A DNA stretch of 64,000 nucleotides from a virus. Position numbers and translations under genes: made by a program. How positions within the stretch are numbered: the stretch's first letter is position 1; every line of letters begins with the position of its first letter. Under the pieces are notes generated by a model. The model searched no databases. It worked only from the letters and a program-made list of their open reading frames with translations, and was not told the origin of the DNA. The DNA is taken from the IMG/VR virus record IMGVR_UViG_3300010430_000025, positions 9,394 through 73,393 of that record; one strand, written 5' to 3'. Shown piece after piece: positions 1-10,002 of this stretch.

Positions 1-38
1 TTGGCTTAATAGCTGCGGGCGTTTTATTCCTTTTAGGA

Positions 39-365
39 ATGAGTGATGAAGCACTTTTAATATTAAAACTAAATAAATCAAGTAATCAAACAGAATCAAC
101 AATGGCATACGAAGAAACAACTAGAACCACAGGGTTTTTAACAGATGGGACAGAGGTAGAAGTTTTTTCATGGAGAGAAGAATCTACTGACCCTTACACG
201 GATGAAGTTCAATTAATAGAAAATGATGCTAGTTCATCAACTGGTATATGGGTGTATTGGAATAGTAATACTTCTAATTATATAGGGCAGACAACTGCGC
301 AATTTAAAGCGGCTAGTTTCCCTCGTAAACCAATTAAAAGGGGCGGAACACCACCATCAGCATAA
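39..365 (+). CDS. hypothetical protein (Pro/Gly-rich C-terminus)
   Basis: 108-aa ORF, TAATG overlap with next gene. Confidence 0.6.
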   Translation: MSDEALLILKLNKSSNQTESTMAYEETTRTTGFLTDGTEVEVFSWREESTDPYTDEVQLIENDASSSTGIWVYWNSNTSNYIGQTTAQFKAASFPRKPIKRGGTPPSA

Positions 366-736
366 TGCACTACGTTATTATAATAGGGTCAATCCTTTCT
401 ACTCTTATAGGGTGGAGCATTACATACGAACCTTTTGGTAAAATAAGTGATGTAAATTATTGGTATATTTATGATAACGCTAAGTCTATTCCTTTATTTT
501 TGGGATTTATATTGCCTTTTTTAAGGAAGCCAAATAATAGAGAAAGGAAATTATTACTATTATTGTGTATTTACTTTGGAATTAATGCTGTTGCAGATGT
601 TTTTGGGGTAAATGAAAAAGGCAACTGGTTTACTTATATGTCAGGGGCTTTATTTATATATATTATATTTGCATTGTTGACCCCTAAAAGATGGGCATTT
701 TACTTGAAATCATTAATAGGTATGGAGAAGCCTTAA
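365..736 (+). CDS. multi-pass membrane protein
   Basis: about four hydrophobic segments; next to lysis genes. Confidence 0.65.
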   Translation: MHYVIIIGSILSTLIGWSITYEPFGKISDVNYWYIYDNAKSIPLFLGFILPFLRKPNNRERKLLLLLCIYFGINAVADVFGVNEKGNWFTYMSGALFIYIIFALLTPKRWAFYLKSLIGMEKP

Positions 737-814
737 CTGTTACTCAAATAATAGCTTTTACCGCTTTTGCTTTATCTCAAGCGTTAACAGCCATAGATAA
801 AATAATAACATGGT

Positions 815-1042
815 ATGAAAGACAGCGTAATAAATAACTCATTTTTTGAAGTGTTTAATAGCAACCCTATACTAGCAGTAATCCTTTCGGTTTTCGCTGG
901 GTTCTTAGCTGAATACGAGCCTATTATAAGGTTTGCTTTTTACAGTATTGCGGGGCTTATAAGTGTATTTACACTACTAAACAAGATGTGGGATTTTTAT
1001 ATAAGGATTAAAAAAAATCAAAGAAGAAGAAAATCTAAATGA
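815..1042 (+). CDS. putative holin
   Basis: 75 aa, two hydrophobic segments, basic tail KKNQRRRKSK, overlaps endolysin start. Confidence 0.65.
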   Translation: MKDSVINNSFFEVFNSNPILAVILSVFAGFLAEYEPIIRFAFYSIAGLISVFTLLNKMWDFYIRIKKNQRRRKSK

Positions 1043-1626
1043 AACAAACTAACATATTCCTTTCTGCTGGGCACTCAAATACAGTAGGCAAGGATAGGGG
1101 GGCAGTTGGCAACGGTTATATAGAAGGCGACCTTACAGTAGAATTAAGAAACATTGTAGCTGACAACCTTAGGTGTTACCCTGACAAGTTTTATATAGTA
1201 GAAGATAAGGACGATGAAACAACTGGCGATAGCACAAGAAGATTTGACCTTTTATTAGGCAGAACAAAAGATAAGGATATTGTTTTAGATATACATTTTA
1301 ATGCAGATGTCCCTTCTGCAAACGGCACAGAGTGCGTAATAAGAAAAGACTATACCGTTCAAGAGCATAAATTAGCTACTATGCTATCGAAAGCGATAAG
1401 CGAGGAATTAGGCACTAAAAACAGAGGCGTAAAAACAGTAGACCAAACAGCAAGAAAAAAACTATACATAACAGACCGTATAGACAAAGGAGAAGCTATT
1501 GTTATAGTAGTAGAGGTATGCTTTATTTCTAATCTACCTGACCTAGAAAAATATATCCCTAATACAGCAGGGACAGGGAAAGCAATAAGTAATACCACAA
1601 TAGAGTTTACTAATTCGTTAAATTAA
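1039..1626 (+). CDS. endolysin, N-acetylmuramoyl-L-alanine amidase (Amidase_3)
   Basis: motifs SAGH, DRGAVG..E, DIHFNA, ANGTE, VEVCFISN. Confidence 0.92.
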   Translation: MKQTNIFLSAGHSNTVGKDRGAVGNGYIEGDLTVELRNIVADNLRCYPDKFYIVEDKDDETTGDSTRRFDLLLGRTKDKDIVLDIHFNADVPSANGTECVIRKDYTVQEHKLATMLSKAISEELGTKNRGVKTVDQTARKKLYITDRIDKGEAIVIVVEVCFISNLPDLEKYIPNTAGTGKAISNTTIEFTNSLN

Positions 1627-1644
1627 TTATATCTTTGAAAGGAA

Positions 1645-2187
1645 ATGACTACTACTCCAAAAACACTACAAGAAATACAGGCTGCTGAAACTGCTAAATG
1701 GCTAATGGGAACTAATTATAGTGGTTCTTCTAAGCCAAAGTTTTCTTTTACAAGACCTGCTGATACTACTGCTTACACCCTAGGAGACACCGTAGGGAGC
1801 ATAACAGCCCCTAACTCTTATATTTCTGTCCCGTCAGCTTCTTATGGCGTTACAGGGCTTATACAAGGAGGGCAGCTTATATCAGACGATATTGTCTCTG
1901 GAATGGAAATAAATTGTTTTCTTTTTTCAGAAGACGTTACAAGGGTTGCTGATAATTTAGCCCCAACAGAAACATTTGCTAATATAAGTGATAGGCTGGT
2001 TGCCGTGATAGTATTTACTTCTGCTTATCCTTTTGGAGCGTCAAATGTTTTAACGGGAGATGTTACGAGTTATAATTCTTTTTTAAGAAAAGGTAACGAA
2101 ACTAAGCTATATCCATATTTTACGGCTGGAAGTGCTTTTACGCCAACCTCAGCACAGGGATTTACATTATTGTTAGACACTATATAA
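1645..2187 (+). CDS. probable virion structural protein
   Basis: beta-rich, T/S/G/A-rich; FTRPADTTAY.GD motif typical of phage structural proteins; TATCTTTG at 1630-1637. Confidence 0.5.
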   Translation: MTTTPKTLQEIQAAETAKWLMGTNYSGSSKPKFSFTRPADTTAYTLGDTVGSITAPNSYISVPSASYGVTGLIQGGQLISDDIVSGMEINCFLFSEDVTRVADNLAPTETFANISDRLVAVIVFTSAYPFGASNVLTGDVTSYNSFLRKGNETKLYPYFTAGSAFTPTSAQGFTLLLDTI

Positions 2188-2550
2188 TTATCTTTCTATG
2201 CCTCTCATTCTATCAATAGACTCAATGTTTTGCGACATAAATGAGATTAGAGAGACTTTAGCGTAGGCTGCGGCAGCGCACCATATAAGAATATCAAAAC
2301 GCTGTCTTTTTACCTTTAATGCTGGATTACGATAGTTTATTATTTGGTCTATATGATTTTTTCTTAATCGAGCGCATTGACCGTGTTTTGACAATACCTC
2401 TGTAAACTGCTGTAATGTTCCTCCTTTTTCTCTAAACTTTAAGGCGAGATATGCTAAATTCACAGATGCGTACTCTATTATTTTTCTTGTTTCTTCATAA
2501 TCTTCGTAAGTAGATGCAAATGCCGAAGCTGCTATTATATGTTTTGCCAT
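2188..2550 (-). CDS. hypothetical, possible DNA-binding regulator
   Basis: lone minus-strand helical basic protein; TATTTTTG promoter 6 nt before ATG 2550, divergent from portal. Confidence 0.55.
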   Translation of the reverse strand: MAKHIIAASAFASTYEDYEETRKIIEYASVNLAYLALKFREKGGTLQQFTEVLSKHGQCARLRKNHIDQIINYRNPALKVKRQRFDILIWCAAAAYAKVSLISFMSQNIESIDRMRGIER

Positions 2551-2590
2551 TGTTTTCAAAAATAAAGATTTAAAACGCTAAATTTGAAAA

Positions 2591-4699
2591 ATGGAGACTA
2601 ATTTTTTAGCGGTAAAAACTGAGGAAGAAAAAAATGCAGACAACGGTAAATGGTACACCGAGTATGCTAAGTTTATCTTATCAAGATATAACACTCAGAC
2701 AAGTATTGATTCCAATAATTTAATTAATGAAGAGACGGGCGGTAATGTAGCTTCTTTTTCCCCCATAGAAGCCATAAGGAGGAACTTTTCTTATTTTGCT
2801 AATAAGCAAGACAATAAGCAGTTTGGATTCATTACACAAGATAATTCAGGGGAGGCATTAGATATTGGAGTAGTTTGGCAAAGGGTTCCCCGCATACAAC
2901 AGTTGGTAAATGATTTTGTTGGAGACATACAAAAATCAATGAAGTATTACGATATGTATGTGTATTCCGTTAGCCCCTCAGCGCAAAATGAAAAAACAAA
3001 TAAACTTGGATTAACACGATTAAAACAGCAGAATAACGAAAGATTTAAAGCTCTTGAAGAGTTGGGGGTGGTTTTTAGCCCTTTAGGGGATATAGAAGAA
3101 GATTTTGATTCTATTGATGATATTGAATCGTTTATAGAGAATGATTACAAAACACCGCTAGAAATATATGCTGATATAATAAAAAAAGATATTTTAGACC
3201 GTAATGACTATATCACGTATTGCGACAAAGCATTAAAATATGCTACTATAGCAGGGATAATAGCCACAGAAATAAGGAAAAAAAATGGCAAAGTTTATTG
3301 GCATATATATATGCCAGACAGAATAATATGGGACAATAGCGTAGATACTCAACACCATAAAGATATAAGGTATATTGGCTTAATAGATTATATGACCCCC
3401 TCTGAAATAATAGAAACTTGGGGCGAGGAGCTAAGGTCTACCGACGAAGGTATTGAGGCTCTTGAAAAATTAAAACAAATAACAACAGATAGAGGTGTAA
3501 ACGGAGATACAGGGTTTAACACAACACTTCCATTAACTTCACGGTCTAACAATATTCCGTTAATTACTGTTGTAAAAAACTATTGGAAAGCTCTTAAAAA
3601 AACCGAAGAGGAACAATACGACACCTACTATCAATGCGTACAAATTGCTGATATTATAACGGTAGAGAAAAAAGAAGTAGAAAACTTAGTAGAAAACTAT
3701 AAAGACAGGAAAGTGGTTTATCCTCCTGTCTCTATATGGACACCAGAAGTGGTGCAAGGAGAAGCGCACAGCCTTGTGGGCAGAATGATACATAATGCTG
3801 ACCTAATAGACTTTTATAAAAACAGAATAAACCAACGTATTTTACAGTCAAAAGGAAGGGTAGCTATTATTGTTGCCGAAAATTTAGGCTCTAAAGGTAT
3901 GGTTGAGATTACTAATGATTGGGAAAGAATGGGAGCGACTGTTATTAACAGGCAAAACCCATTAGACTATGAAGCGGTAAATTCTGGACGGTTCGCAGAG
4001 GTTTTGGACTTCTCTAATACGCAAGAAATACAGATGTTAGTATCGATACTTGACAGGGAGGAGCAAATGATGGAAAGAATAACTAACGCAACTGATATTA
4101 CGTTAGGAGAGCAACAGCAATACGTCAGCACCGTAACACAGGGACGTTCTATTGAGCAAAGTAAAAAGGGTGTTTTTGGATTTTACGAAGGCTTTTTAAA
4201 GCATATAGAGCATTTAACATTACTAAGCGTTAATATACAAAAAGACTTAGTCGCTGACGAGAACAATAATTACGCTATCCCTTTATTGAGCCGATTTGGG
4301 CAGGATTTCTTAAAGAAAATAAGAAACATTACCCTCGAAGATTTTAACGTATCTTTTAAATTTTTAGACCCTATTACCGAAGCAAAATCACAGGCTATAC
4401 TTACTTATATAGAAAGAAAAGCCTCAGACCCTAATAGTGGTTTTACTGACGAAGATTTTGCAAATGCTATTTCTTTCAGAACACTTACTCAGTTACAAAA
4501 GTATTTTAAGAAAATAACTCGTAGGCAGAAAAAAGAAAGGGAAGAACAAGCAATGCTTGCGGCACAACAACAGCAACAAGCTATTGAAGCAAAAAACAAT
4601 ACTGATATAGAAAAGGCTAATGTTAGTGCAGGTGGAGTAGTTGAAGCAGCAGAAATAAAAGCGGAAGCAGACTTAGCAAAAGAAGCTATGAAAAGCTAA
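2591..4699 (+). CDS. portal protein (crAss-like/podovirus type)
   Basis: 702 aa helical, Q-rich coiled C-terminus, precedes scaffold and capsid. Confidence 0.8.
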   Translation: METNFLAVKTEEEKNADNGKWYTEYAKFILSRYNTQTSIDSNNLINEETGGNVASFSPIEAIRRNFSYFANKQDNKQFGFITQDNSGEALDIGVVWQRVPRIQQLVNDFVGDIQKSMKYYDMYVYSVSPSAQNEKTNKLGLTRLKQQNNERFKALEELGVVFSPLGDIEEDFDSIDDIESFIENDYKTPLEIYADIIKKDILDRNDYITYCDKALKYATIAGIIATEIRKKNGKVYWHIYMPDRIIWDNSVDTQHHKDIRYIGLIDYMTPSEIIETWGEELRSTDEGIEALEKLKQITTDRGVNGDTGFNTTLPLTSRSNNIPLITVVKNYWKALKKTEEEQYDTYYQCVQIADIITVEKKEVENLVENYKDRKVVYPPVSIWTPEVVQGEAHSLVGRMIHNADLIDFYKNRINQRILQSKGRVAIIVAENLGSKGMVEITNDWERMGATVINRQNPLDYEAVNSGRFAEVLDFSNTQEIQMLVSILDREEQMMERITNATDITLGEQQQYVSTVTQGRSIEQSKKGVFGFYEGFLKHIEHLTLLSVNIQKDLVADENNNYAIPLLSRFGQDFLKKIRNITLEDFNVSFKFLDPITEAKSQAILTYIERKASDPNSGFTDEDFANAISFRTLTQLQKYFKKITRRQKKEREEQAMLAAQQQQQAIEAKNNTDIEKANVSAGGVVEAAEIKAEADLAKEAMKS

Positions 4700-4740
4700 T
4701 ATCAAACAATATTATACCCCTGTTAGTAATCGTTTGCCTT

Positions 4741-4838
4741 AACATTTGTATATACAAATTATACATTTACAATTATTGTTAATAAAACACAAGTAATTTT
4801 AACATTTGTATTTCCAACATTTGTATATACATTTGTAT
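4741..4838 (+). promoter_or_regulatory. ACATTTGTAT repeat/operator array overlapping head-gene promoter
   Basis: four ACATTTGTAT copies, palindrome ATTTGTATATACAAAT at 4744-4759, TACATTTG at 4828-4835. Confidence 0.6.
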
Positions 4839-4854
4839 AAAAAATATATAACGA

Positions 4855-5895
4855 ATGATAACCGCAAGTGAAATCGACAAAGAAGCCGAAGAAATATTAG
4901 CCGAAACTCAAGGGGCGGTAGTTGAAGAAACTACAACCGAAACAACAGTTGAAGAGACAGCCCCTAAAGTAGTAGATGAAACTACTGAGGATAAAACCCC
5001 TGCCGATGAGGCAATAGAAGAAGCTAAACAAGAAGAAAAGGCAAAAGAGGAAACTGTAGAAACAGATGCAGAAAAAAAGAAAAATCCTTTTTTAGAAACG
5101 GAAGAAGAAGAGAAATCTTCTGTAAATGTCGAAAGTATTATTGCTGAAAAAAACGAACTACAAGAAAAATACGACTCTCTATTAGAAATTGTTAATAATG
5201 ATGGAGTTCGTTTTTTATTAGACGCAATGGAAAAAGGGAAAAACCCTTTTGATGCTTTAAAAGAAATTGCTCCTCTTGATGTTGACAGAATACCCTACGA
5301 AGAGTTATTAGAAATTCGTATAGATAGAATAAAAGAAAGCAAAAGGCTTTCTAAAGATGAAGTAGAAGCGGAGAGAGAAAGATATGAAAACATGAACGCT
5401 CGTGATAGAGAAGAATTGTTGGAGATTGAGAGAGATAGAATAAGAAAAGAGCAGGACAGCAAGCCTAAAGAGTTTGAGTTTAAGGTAGAGGATAAAATCA
5501 ATAAAGAAAAAGAGTTTAAAGCCAAGCTAAAACAACTTGAAGAGTCTTCATTGAAAGAACTAGAGAACGAAGTAGAAAGATTAATAAAAGGCGAATATAT
5601 TACCCCTGAGCAGAAAAAAGAGTTTTATACAGAACTTGATAACGTTCCTCCTTTATACTTTGTTTCAGACGGTATTGCCACGCCTAACCAAAAAGTAGCT
5701 GCAGAGCTTGTATACCTAAGAAAGTTCTACACCAATTCGGTAGAGAAGGCAGTCTCTGAGGCTGAAACTGAGGTACGTATACAAGAGGCTAACAAAAGAA
5801 AAAATAATAATACCGATAAGAATCCACAAACTATTACACCCCCAAGTGAATCACGAGAAGATTTAATAGAGTGGGCAATAAAGCAACCTAATTAA
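4855..5895 (+). CDS. capsid scaffolding protein
   Basis: very acidic, disordered and coiled-coil; between portal and capsid. Confidence 0.75.
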   Translation: MITASEIDKEAEEILAETQGAVVEETTTETTVEETAPKVVDETTEDKTPADEAIEEAKQEEKAKEETVETDAEKKKNPFLETEEEEKSSVNVESIIAEKNELQEKYDSLLEIVNNDGVRFLLDAMEKGKNPFDALKEIAPLDVDRIPYEELLEIRIDRIKESKRLSKDEVEAERERYENMNARDREELLEIERDRIRKEQDSKPKEFEFKVEDKINKEKEFKAKLKQLEESSLKELENEVERLIKGEYITPEQKKEFYTELDNVPPLYFVSDGIATPNQKVAAELVYLRKFYTNSVEKAVSEAETEVRIQEANKRKNNNTDKNPQTITPPSESREDLIEWAIKQPN

Positions 5896-5909
5896 CAAAC
5901 AATTTATAA

Positions 5910-7280
5910 ATGGCAACTTCAACAGGACTCAATAGTAAATCTCTATATAATAATATAGATTATTTGAGATTACAGAAACCTTCAAAAGCAAGGAACGCTT
6001 ACAAGGACTTGCTTACCAACTATGACAGGATTACCATGTTTATAAACATGATGAACCCTGCGGGAAGTATTAGAGAGGACAACTTTAAATACGACTTTTT
6101 TACTTCGACTGGTTTATATACCCCGCTTTATGCAAGCTCTAATTCAACGTTACTTCCAAACAAAAACTTAGAAGTAAATGTTGCGTTACCAGCAGGTGTT
6201 ACCGACTTACGGGAAACAATAAGGGAAACCAATATCCTTTCAGACGGAAACAACAAGCAAGGGCGAGTAGTAAAAGTAAATACTACGTCTGTAGAGTTAG
6301 AAATTAGTGGGGCTACTACCTCGTGGGATGCCGCTACTGATTTTACCTCTAATACTTCTGTTACAATAGAGGGTAATGCTCAACCCTTTATTTCTGGTGG
6401 TATATCTTCTTTACATACTATTCCAACAGAAGACTTTAACTACCACCAAATTTCAAGAGACGGGCATCAATTTGGTCGTAACGAAATAATACAGCCTACG
6501 TGGGCTACTTATGGTGAAAAAACATGGCAAAATTATGATATAACCAGAGCGGCTTATCGTGTTTTTAAAGACATTGCAAGAACAGACTATTATGGACAAA
6601 GGTCTTTAACAGGTTCTGGCTCTAACAGGGTTTACAGAAGTAGAGGAATAAGAGAATCTATTATACAAAGAAACCCTGAGTTATACTTCCCATTAAGTTC
6701 TGTTTTAAACGAAACAAAACTAAGAGAAATGATAACTAAGTACCGTGCACTTACAGGTGGTGTTGTAACAGAGCTTATATGCTGCACAGGAAGTTACCAG
6801 CTTGCCAATATTCAGAGTTTCATGTCTCAATATATCGTTACTGCGGGTAATACAAATACTTTTGGCGGAATGGATGTATCAGGACTGAATATAGTAATGT
6901 ACAATTTCTGCGGTATAAAAATCATGTTTGAGATTGCAGGAATATTTGACGACCCTATAAAAGGTCAAATAAGCCAAATCACACAAGAGCCAAAAGAAAG
7001 TGGTAACATGTTTTTCTTCACAAATAAAAAAGTTGAGAAAGTAAACGGACTTGCTCCATCGATTACTATTAAACATGCGGGACCAAAAGAAATACAAGCA
7101 ACCTTCTTACGTGGTATGGTAGAAAAAGAACTTTTAGAGGGACACGACCTTTCAGGGATAACCTTAGAAGGCGGAATGCCAGTAACAAGTTTAACTGACG
7201 GAGCTACTTTTGGAGTGTATTCTACTCGCTCTTTAGAGATTGACCCTAAATACATGATGCTTGCAGAATACATTAACTAA
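5910..7280 (+). CDS. major capsid protein (HK97 fold, crAss-like)
   Basis: 456 aa, synteny after scaffold, N.HQISRD and SRGI segments typical of capsid proteins. Confidence 0.75.
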   Translation: MATSTGLNSKSLYNNIDYLRLQKPSKARNAYKDLLTNYDRITMFINMMNPAGSIREDNFKYDFFTSTGLYTPLYASSNSTLLPNKNLEVNVALPAGVTDLRETIRETNILSDGNNKQGRVVKVNTTSVELEISGATTSWDAATDFTSNTSVTIEGNAQPFISGGISSLHTIPTEDFNYHQISRDGHQFGRNEIIQPTWATYGEKTWQNYDITRAAYRVFKDIARTDYYGQRSLTGSGSNRVYRSRGIRESIIQRNPELYFPLSSVLNETKLREMITKYRALTGGVVTELICCTGSYQLANIQSFMSQYIVTAGNTNTFGGMDVSGLNIVMYNFCGIKIMFEIAGIFDDPIKGQISQITQEPKESGNMFFFTNKKVEKVNGLAPSITIKHAGPKEIQATFLRGMVEKELLEGHDLSGITLEGGMPVTSLTDGATFGVYSTRSLEIDPKYMMLAEYIN

Positions 7281-7301
7281 CCCTTTAATAATAATAATAA
7301 A

Positions 7302-8600
7302 ATGACATATACACCAGTTAGTCAAGAGTTTGATATAAAAAACACTATAGCAGGAACCGATGCTTATTATAAGGATGGTCGCCTTTCTATACTTGACACA
7401 GAAAATGGATTTCCTCAAATATGGACAAAGGGGATAACCAACGCCCCTTATTTTACCAAAAGTTTGCAGGAAATTTTACAAGCTCGCACATATACGTTTG
7501 TAGCGGCAGTTAATACAGTTTATTCTGTGGACATTTCTCAAACCATAAAAAAAGACGGCAGTAGAACCACCAAAAAAATATCTTTTGATAGTACGGGCAC
7601 ATCTGCTACTAACGCTGTTATTTTAGCGGGGCTTATTGCTTCTGCTAATAATTTAGGGTTAGAAATAACTGCGGCAGGTGCTTCGGCTACCTCCTTTACT
7701 GTTACTGCTAAAACAGGTTATGCTACTTTCTATGAAAGCGGCTTGACAAATTTAACAGTAGCAAGCGCACAAACAACGTATGCCCCAAGTGGTACTGCTA
7801 GTGCGGCTATAACAACTGTTATTGCCCCTGCAAGTACTGCGGCTGATAGGATTAGCGGAACTAATGTTGTTACTGTAGAAACTGCTGCTGCACATTTACT
7901 TCGCCCAGGCGATTATGTTCAGATAGCTACAACTACTGGTTTTTTAATGACTTATACCGATAATGTCCCCTTGTCTAATAATACTGATTTTGGAAAAACG
8001 TTTTCGGGAGCAATAGGAGGTAAATTCAGAGTAGCTACCGTTCCTACATCAACTACTTTTACACTTGATGGAGTAACAGGGAATGGCGGCACAAACACAG
8101 GAGCCTGTACTATTAACACTATCAATGTAGCGTTTTTAACTACTTTAGGTTCTGAAACTATAGCAACAGGTAAAACATTAAATGTTGTAGATGTAGCTAC
8201 TATGACTGTAGCCTCTGTATCAAGTAATGACACGGTTGGAACAGCAGGAACAAGCGGTTCTTTTAGAGTAGGTGTTGGTGGAACAGGAACACGATTCTTA
8301 ATCGAAGGTATAAACACTAACGGTTCTTTGAATAGTGGAACAATAACAATAACTGAGGTAGCTCAAAACTCAAGATTTACTTACAACGATTTAACTAATC
8401 TTATAGGGCAACCTTCTGCTATAAGCGGAGACACTTATTCTACTATTAGTTTTACTTATAGTGAGTCTGACGGTAATTTTGTTGGGAGCAACGGGGGTAT
8501 GGGTAAATTTGTTTCGCTTTATGTGAACGAAAGCCAAACAGCCTCTTCTTTGTTTATGTTCAATCTTTATAAGGCTCTGGAATCAGGCAACGTTCGATAG
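7302..8600 (+). CDS. auxiliary capsid/decoration protein
   Basis: T/G/A-rich beta protein after capsid gene, AHLLRPGD.V beta-barrel insert, followed by terminator. Confidence 0.6.
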   Translation: MTYTPVSQEFDIKNTIAGTDAYYKDGRLSILDTENGFPQIWTKGITNAPYFTKSLQEILQARTYTFVAAVNTVYSVDISQTIKKDGSRTTKKISFDSTGTSATNAVILAGLIASANNLGLEITAAGASATSFTVTAKTGYATFYESGLTNLTVASAQTTYAPSGTASAAITTVIAPASTAADRISGTNVVTVETAAAHLLRPGDYVQIATTTGFLMTYTDNVPLSNNTDFGKTFSGAIGGKFRVATVPTSTTFTLDGVTGNGGTNTGACTINTINVAFLTTLGSETIATGKTLNVVDVATMTVASVSSNDTVGTAGTSGSFRVGVGGTGTRFLIEGINTNGSLNSGTITITEVAQNSRFTYNDLTNLIGQPSAISGDTYSTISFTYSESDGNFVGSNGGMGKFVSLYVNESQTASSLFMFNLYKALESGNVR

Positions 8601-8613
8601 TTATATTTTTTTT

Positions 8614-8637
8614 AAAAGGGGTTTATAGCCCCTTTTT
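8614..8637 (+). terminator. intrinsic terminator after head operon
   Basis: AAAAGGGG-TTTATAG-CCCCTTTTT. Confidence 0.75.
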
Positions 8638-8672
8638 ATACAATCCATAAAACAAAATAATTTTTTAAAAAA

Positions 8673-9704
8673 ATGACAAAAACAGAATTAAATTCTTTTG
8701 TATCATTATACAATAATTGGGAAGGCAAAAAGGGAGTTCAAAGGGTTTTAATACACACTTTGAATGAGATTGGAGCTAATTTAAGTGCTGACTACAAGCT
8801 AACCTTACAAAACGAAAAAGGGCAAACAACTTTCAACAACAATATTACTATGTTGTATAACCCAGACAGGGTTGTTATTGGAGAGAATAAAGAACAAACA
8901 CTGTCTATATTTATACGCAAAGGTGCACCATTGGTAAAAACCATAGACTTTGATACAGATGAAGGGAAAGCGTTTTGGCTTGCGCTAATAATGCATCCTA
9001 TGGTAAGGGCTAAAGGCGAAAAAGAGCTAAACAAAAAATCAACGTTATCGTTTGAGGCGGAAGTTCCTGCTGAAACAGCTACAAAAAACGTTAAGCTAAT
9101 TAAAGAAAAAAATGCTTTTTCTATTACTTTATTTTCATACCCTGAAAAGGATTTGCAAAATTTAGCATTCTATCTTAAAAAATCTCCCTTTTCAGCCCCT
9201 AATATTTACATGAATAGAGAAGAGCTTTTAAGCGCATTAATAGGTGTTGATTATCAAGGGTGGGCAATGACAGACTTAGAAAACTATAAAAAATTCCACA
9301 CCTCTTCTGACACAAAAGAAAGAGCGGCATTAGTGCTTTTACAAAAAGGAATGGCTTATGGATTTATTACTATAAAAAGTGGGTTATATGAGTTTGACGG
9401 CTCTGACACTATTGGAAGTAGCGAAAGCGAAAGCGTACAGTTTATCCTAAGCGAGGATAACGTTTATTTAAGGTTAAGCCAAAAAGTGGCGTATATTGAA
9501 AATAGAATGGATGGAGAACCCTTATCTAAAGACGATATTTTAAGTAAACTAAAGGAATTAAATATAACGGATGAAAAACTAATTTCTAAAGTAAGAGAAC
9601 GAAAAGAAAAAGGAATGACCGCAGCCGCCATTTCAAAAGAGCTAAAAGAAAACCCTATAGCGGTTAGTCAAATTTACAAAGAACTACGAAATGAAGGAAG
9701 CTGA
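8673..9704 (+). CDS. conserved hypothetical protein, C-terminal HTH-like segment
   Basis: 343 aa; GMTAAAISKEL..VSQIY tail. Confidence 0.6.
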   Translation: MTKTELNSFVSLYNNWEGKKGVQRVLIHTLNEIGANLSADYKLTLQNEKGQTTFNNNITMLYNPDRVVIGENKEQTLSIFIRKGAPLVKTIDFDTDEGKAFWLALIMHPMVRAKGEKELNKKSTLSFEAEVPAETATKNVKLIKEKNAFSITLFSYPEKDLQNLAFYLKKSPFSAPNIYMNREELLSALIGVDYQGWAMTDLENYKKFHTSSDTKERAALVLLQKGMAYGFITIKSGLYEFDGSDTIGSSESESVQFILSEDNVYLRLSQKVAYIENRMDGEPLSKDDILSKLKELNITDEKLISKVRERKEKGMTAAAISKELKENPIAVSQIYKELRNEGS

Positions 9705-10002
9705 AAAACTTAAAGATTTTTCTATAGGTGATTTAAAAGAAGATTACATTAATTCATTAATTCGATGCGTAAAAAGGTTTACAAAAGAATTAAATGAGGA
9801 GATGGATAATGATGCTTCATTAATCACTTGTGAAGATAAAAGGTTTGAACGCATAAGAGCATTAGTAAATGATAGCAACAAAACAATAGAAATGTTGGGG
9901 GCTATTGACAAATCTTTAACTGGCGGGGAGGAGGGGAAACATATAACTACCCGTAACGGTAAAAGAATCCGTACCGCAGATACAGAAAAAGTCCATATAT
10001 AA
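9691..10002 (+). CDS. putative terminase small subunit
   Basis: 103-aa helical protein coupled to the large terminase. Confidence 0.5.
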   Translation: MKEAEKLKDFSIGDLKEDYINSLIRCVKRFTKELNEEMDNDASLITCEDKRFERIRALVNDSNKTIEMLGAIDKSLTGGEEGKHITTRNGKRIRTADTEKVHI

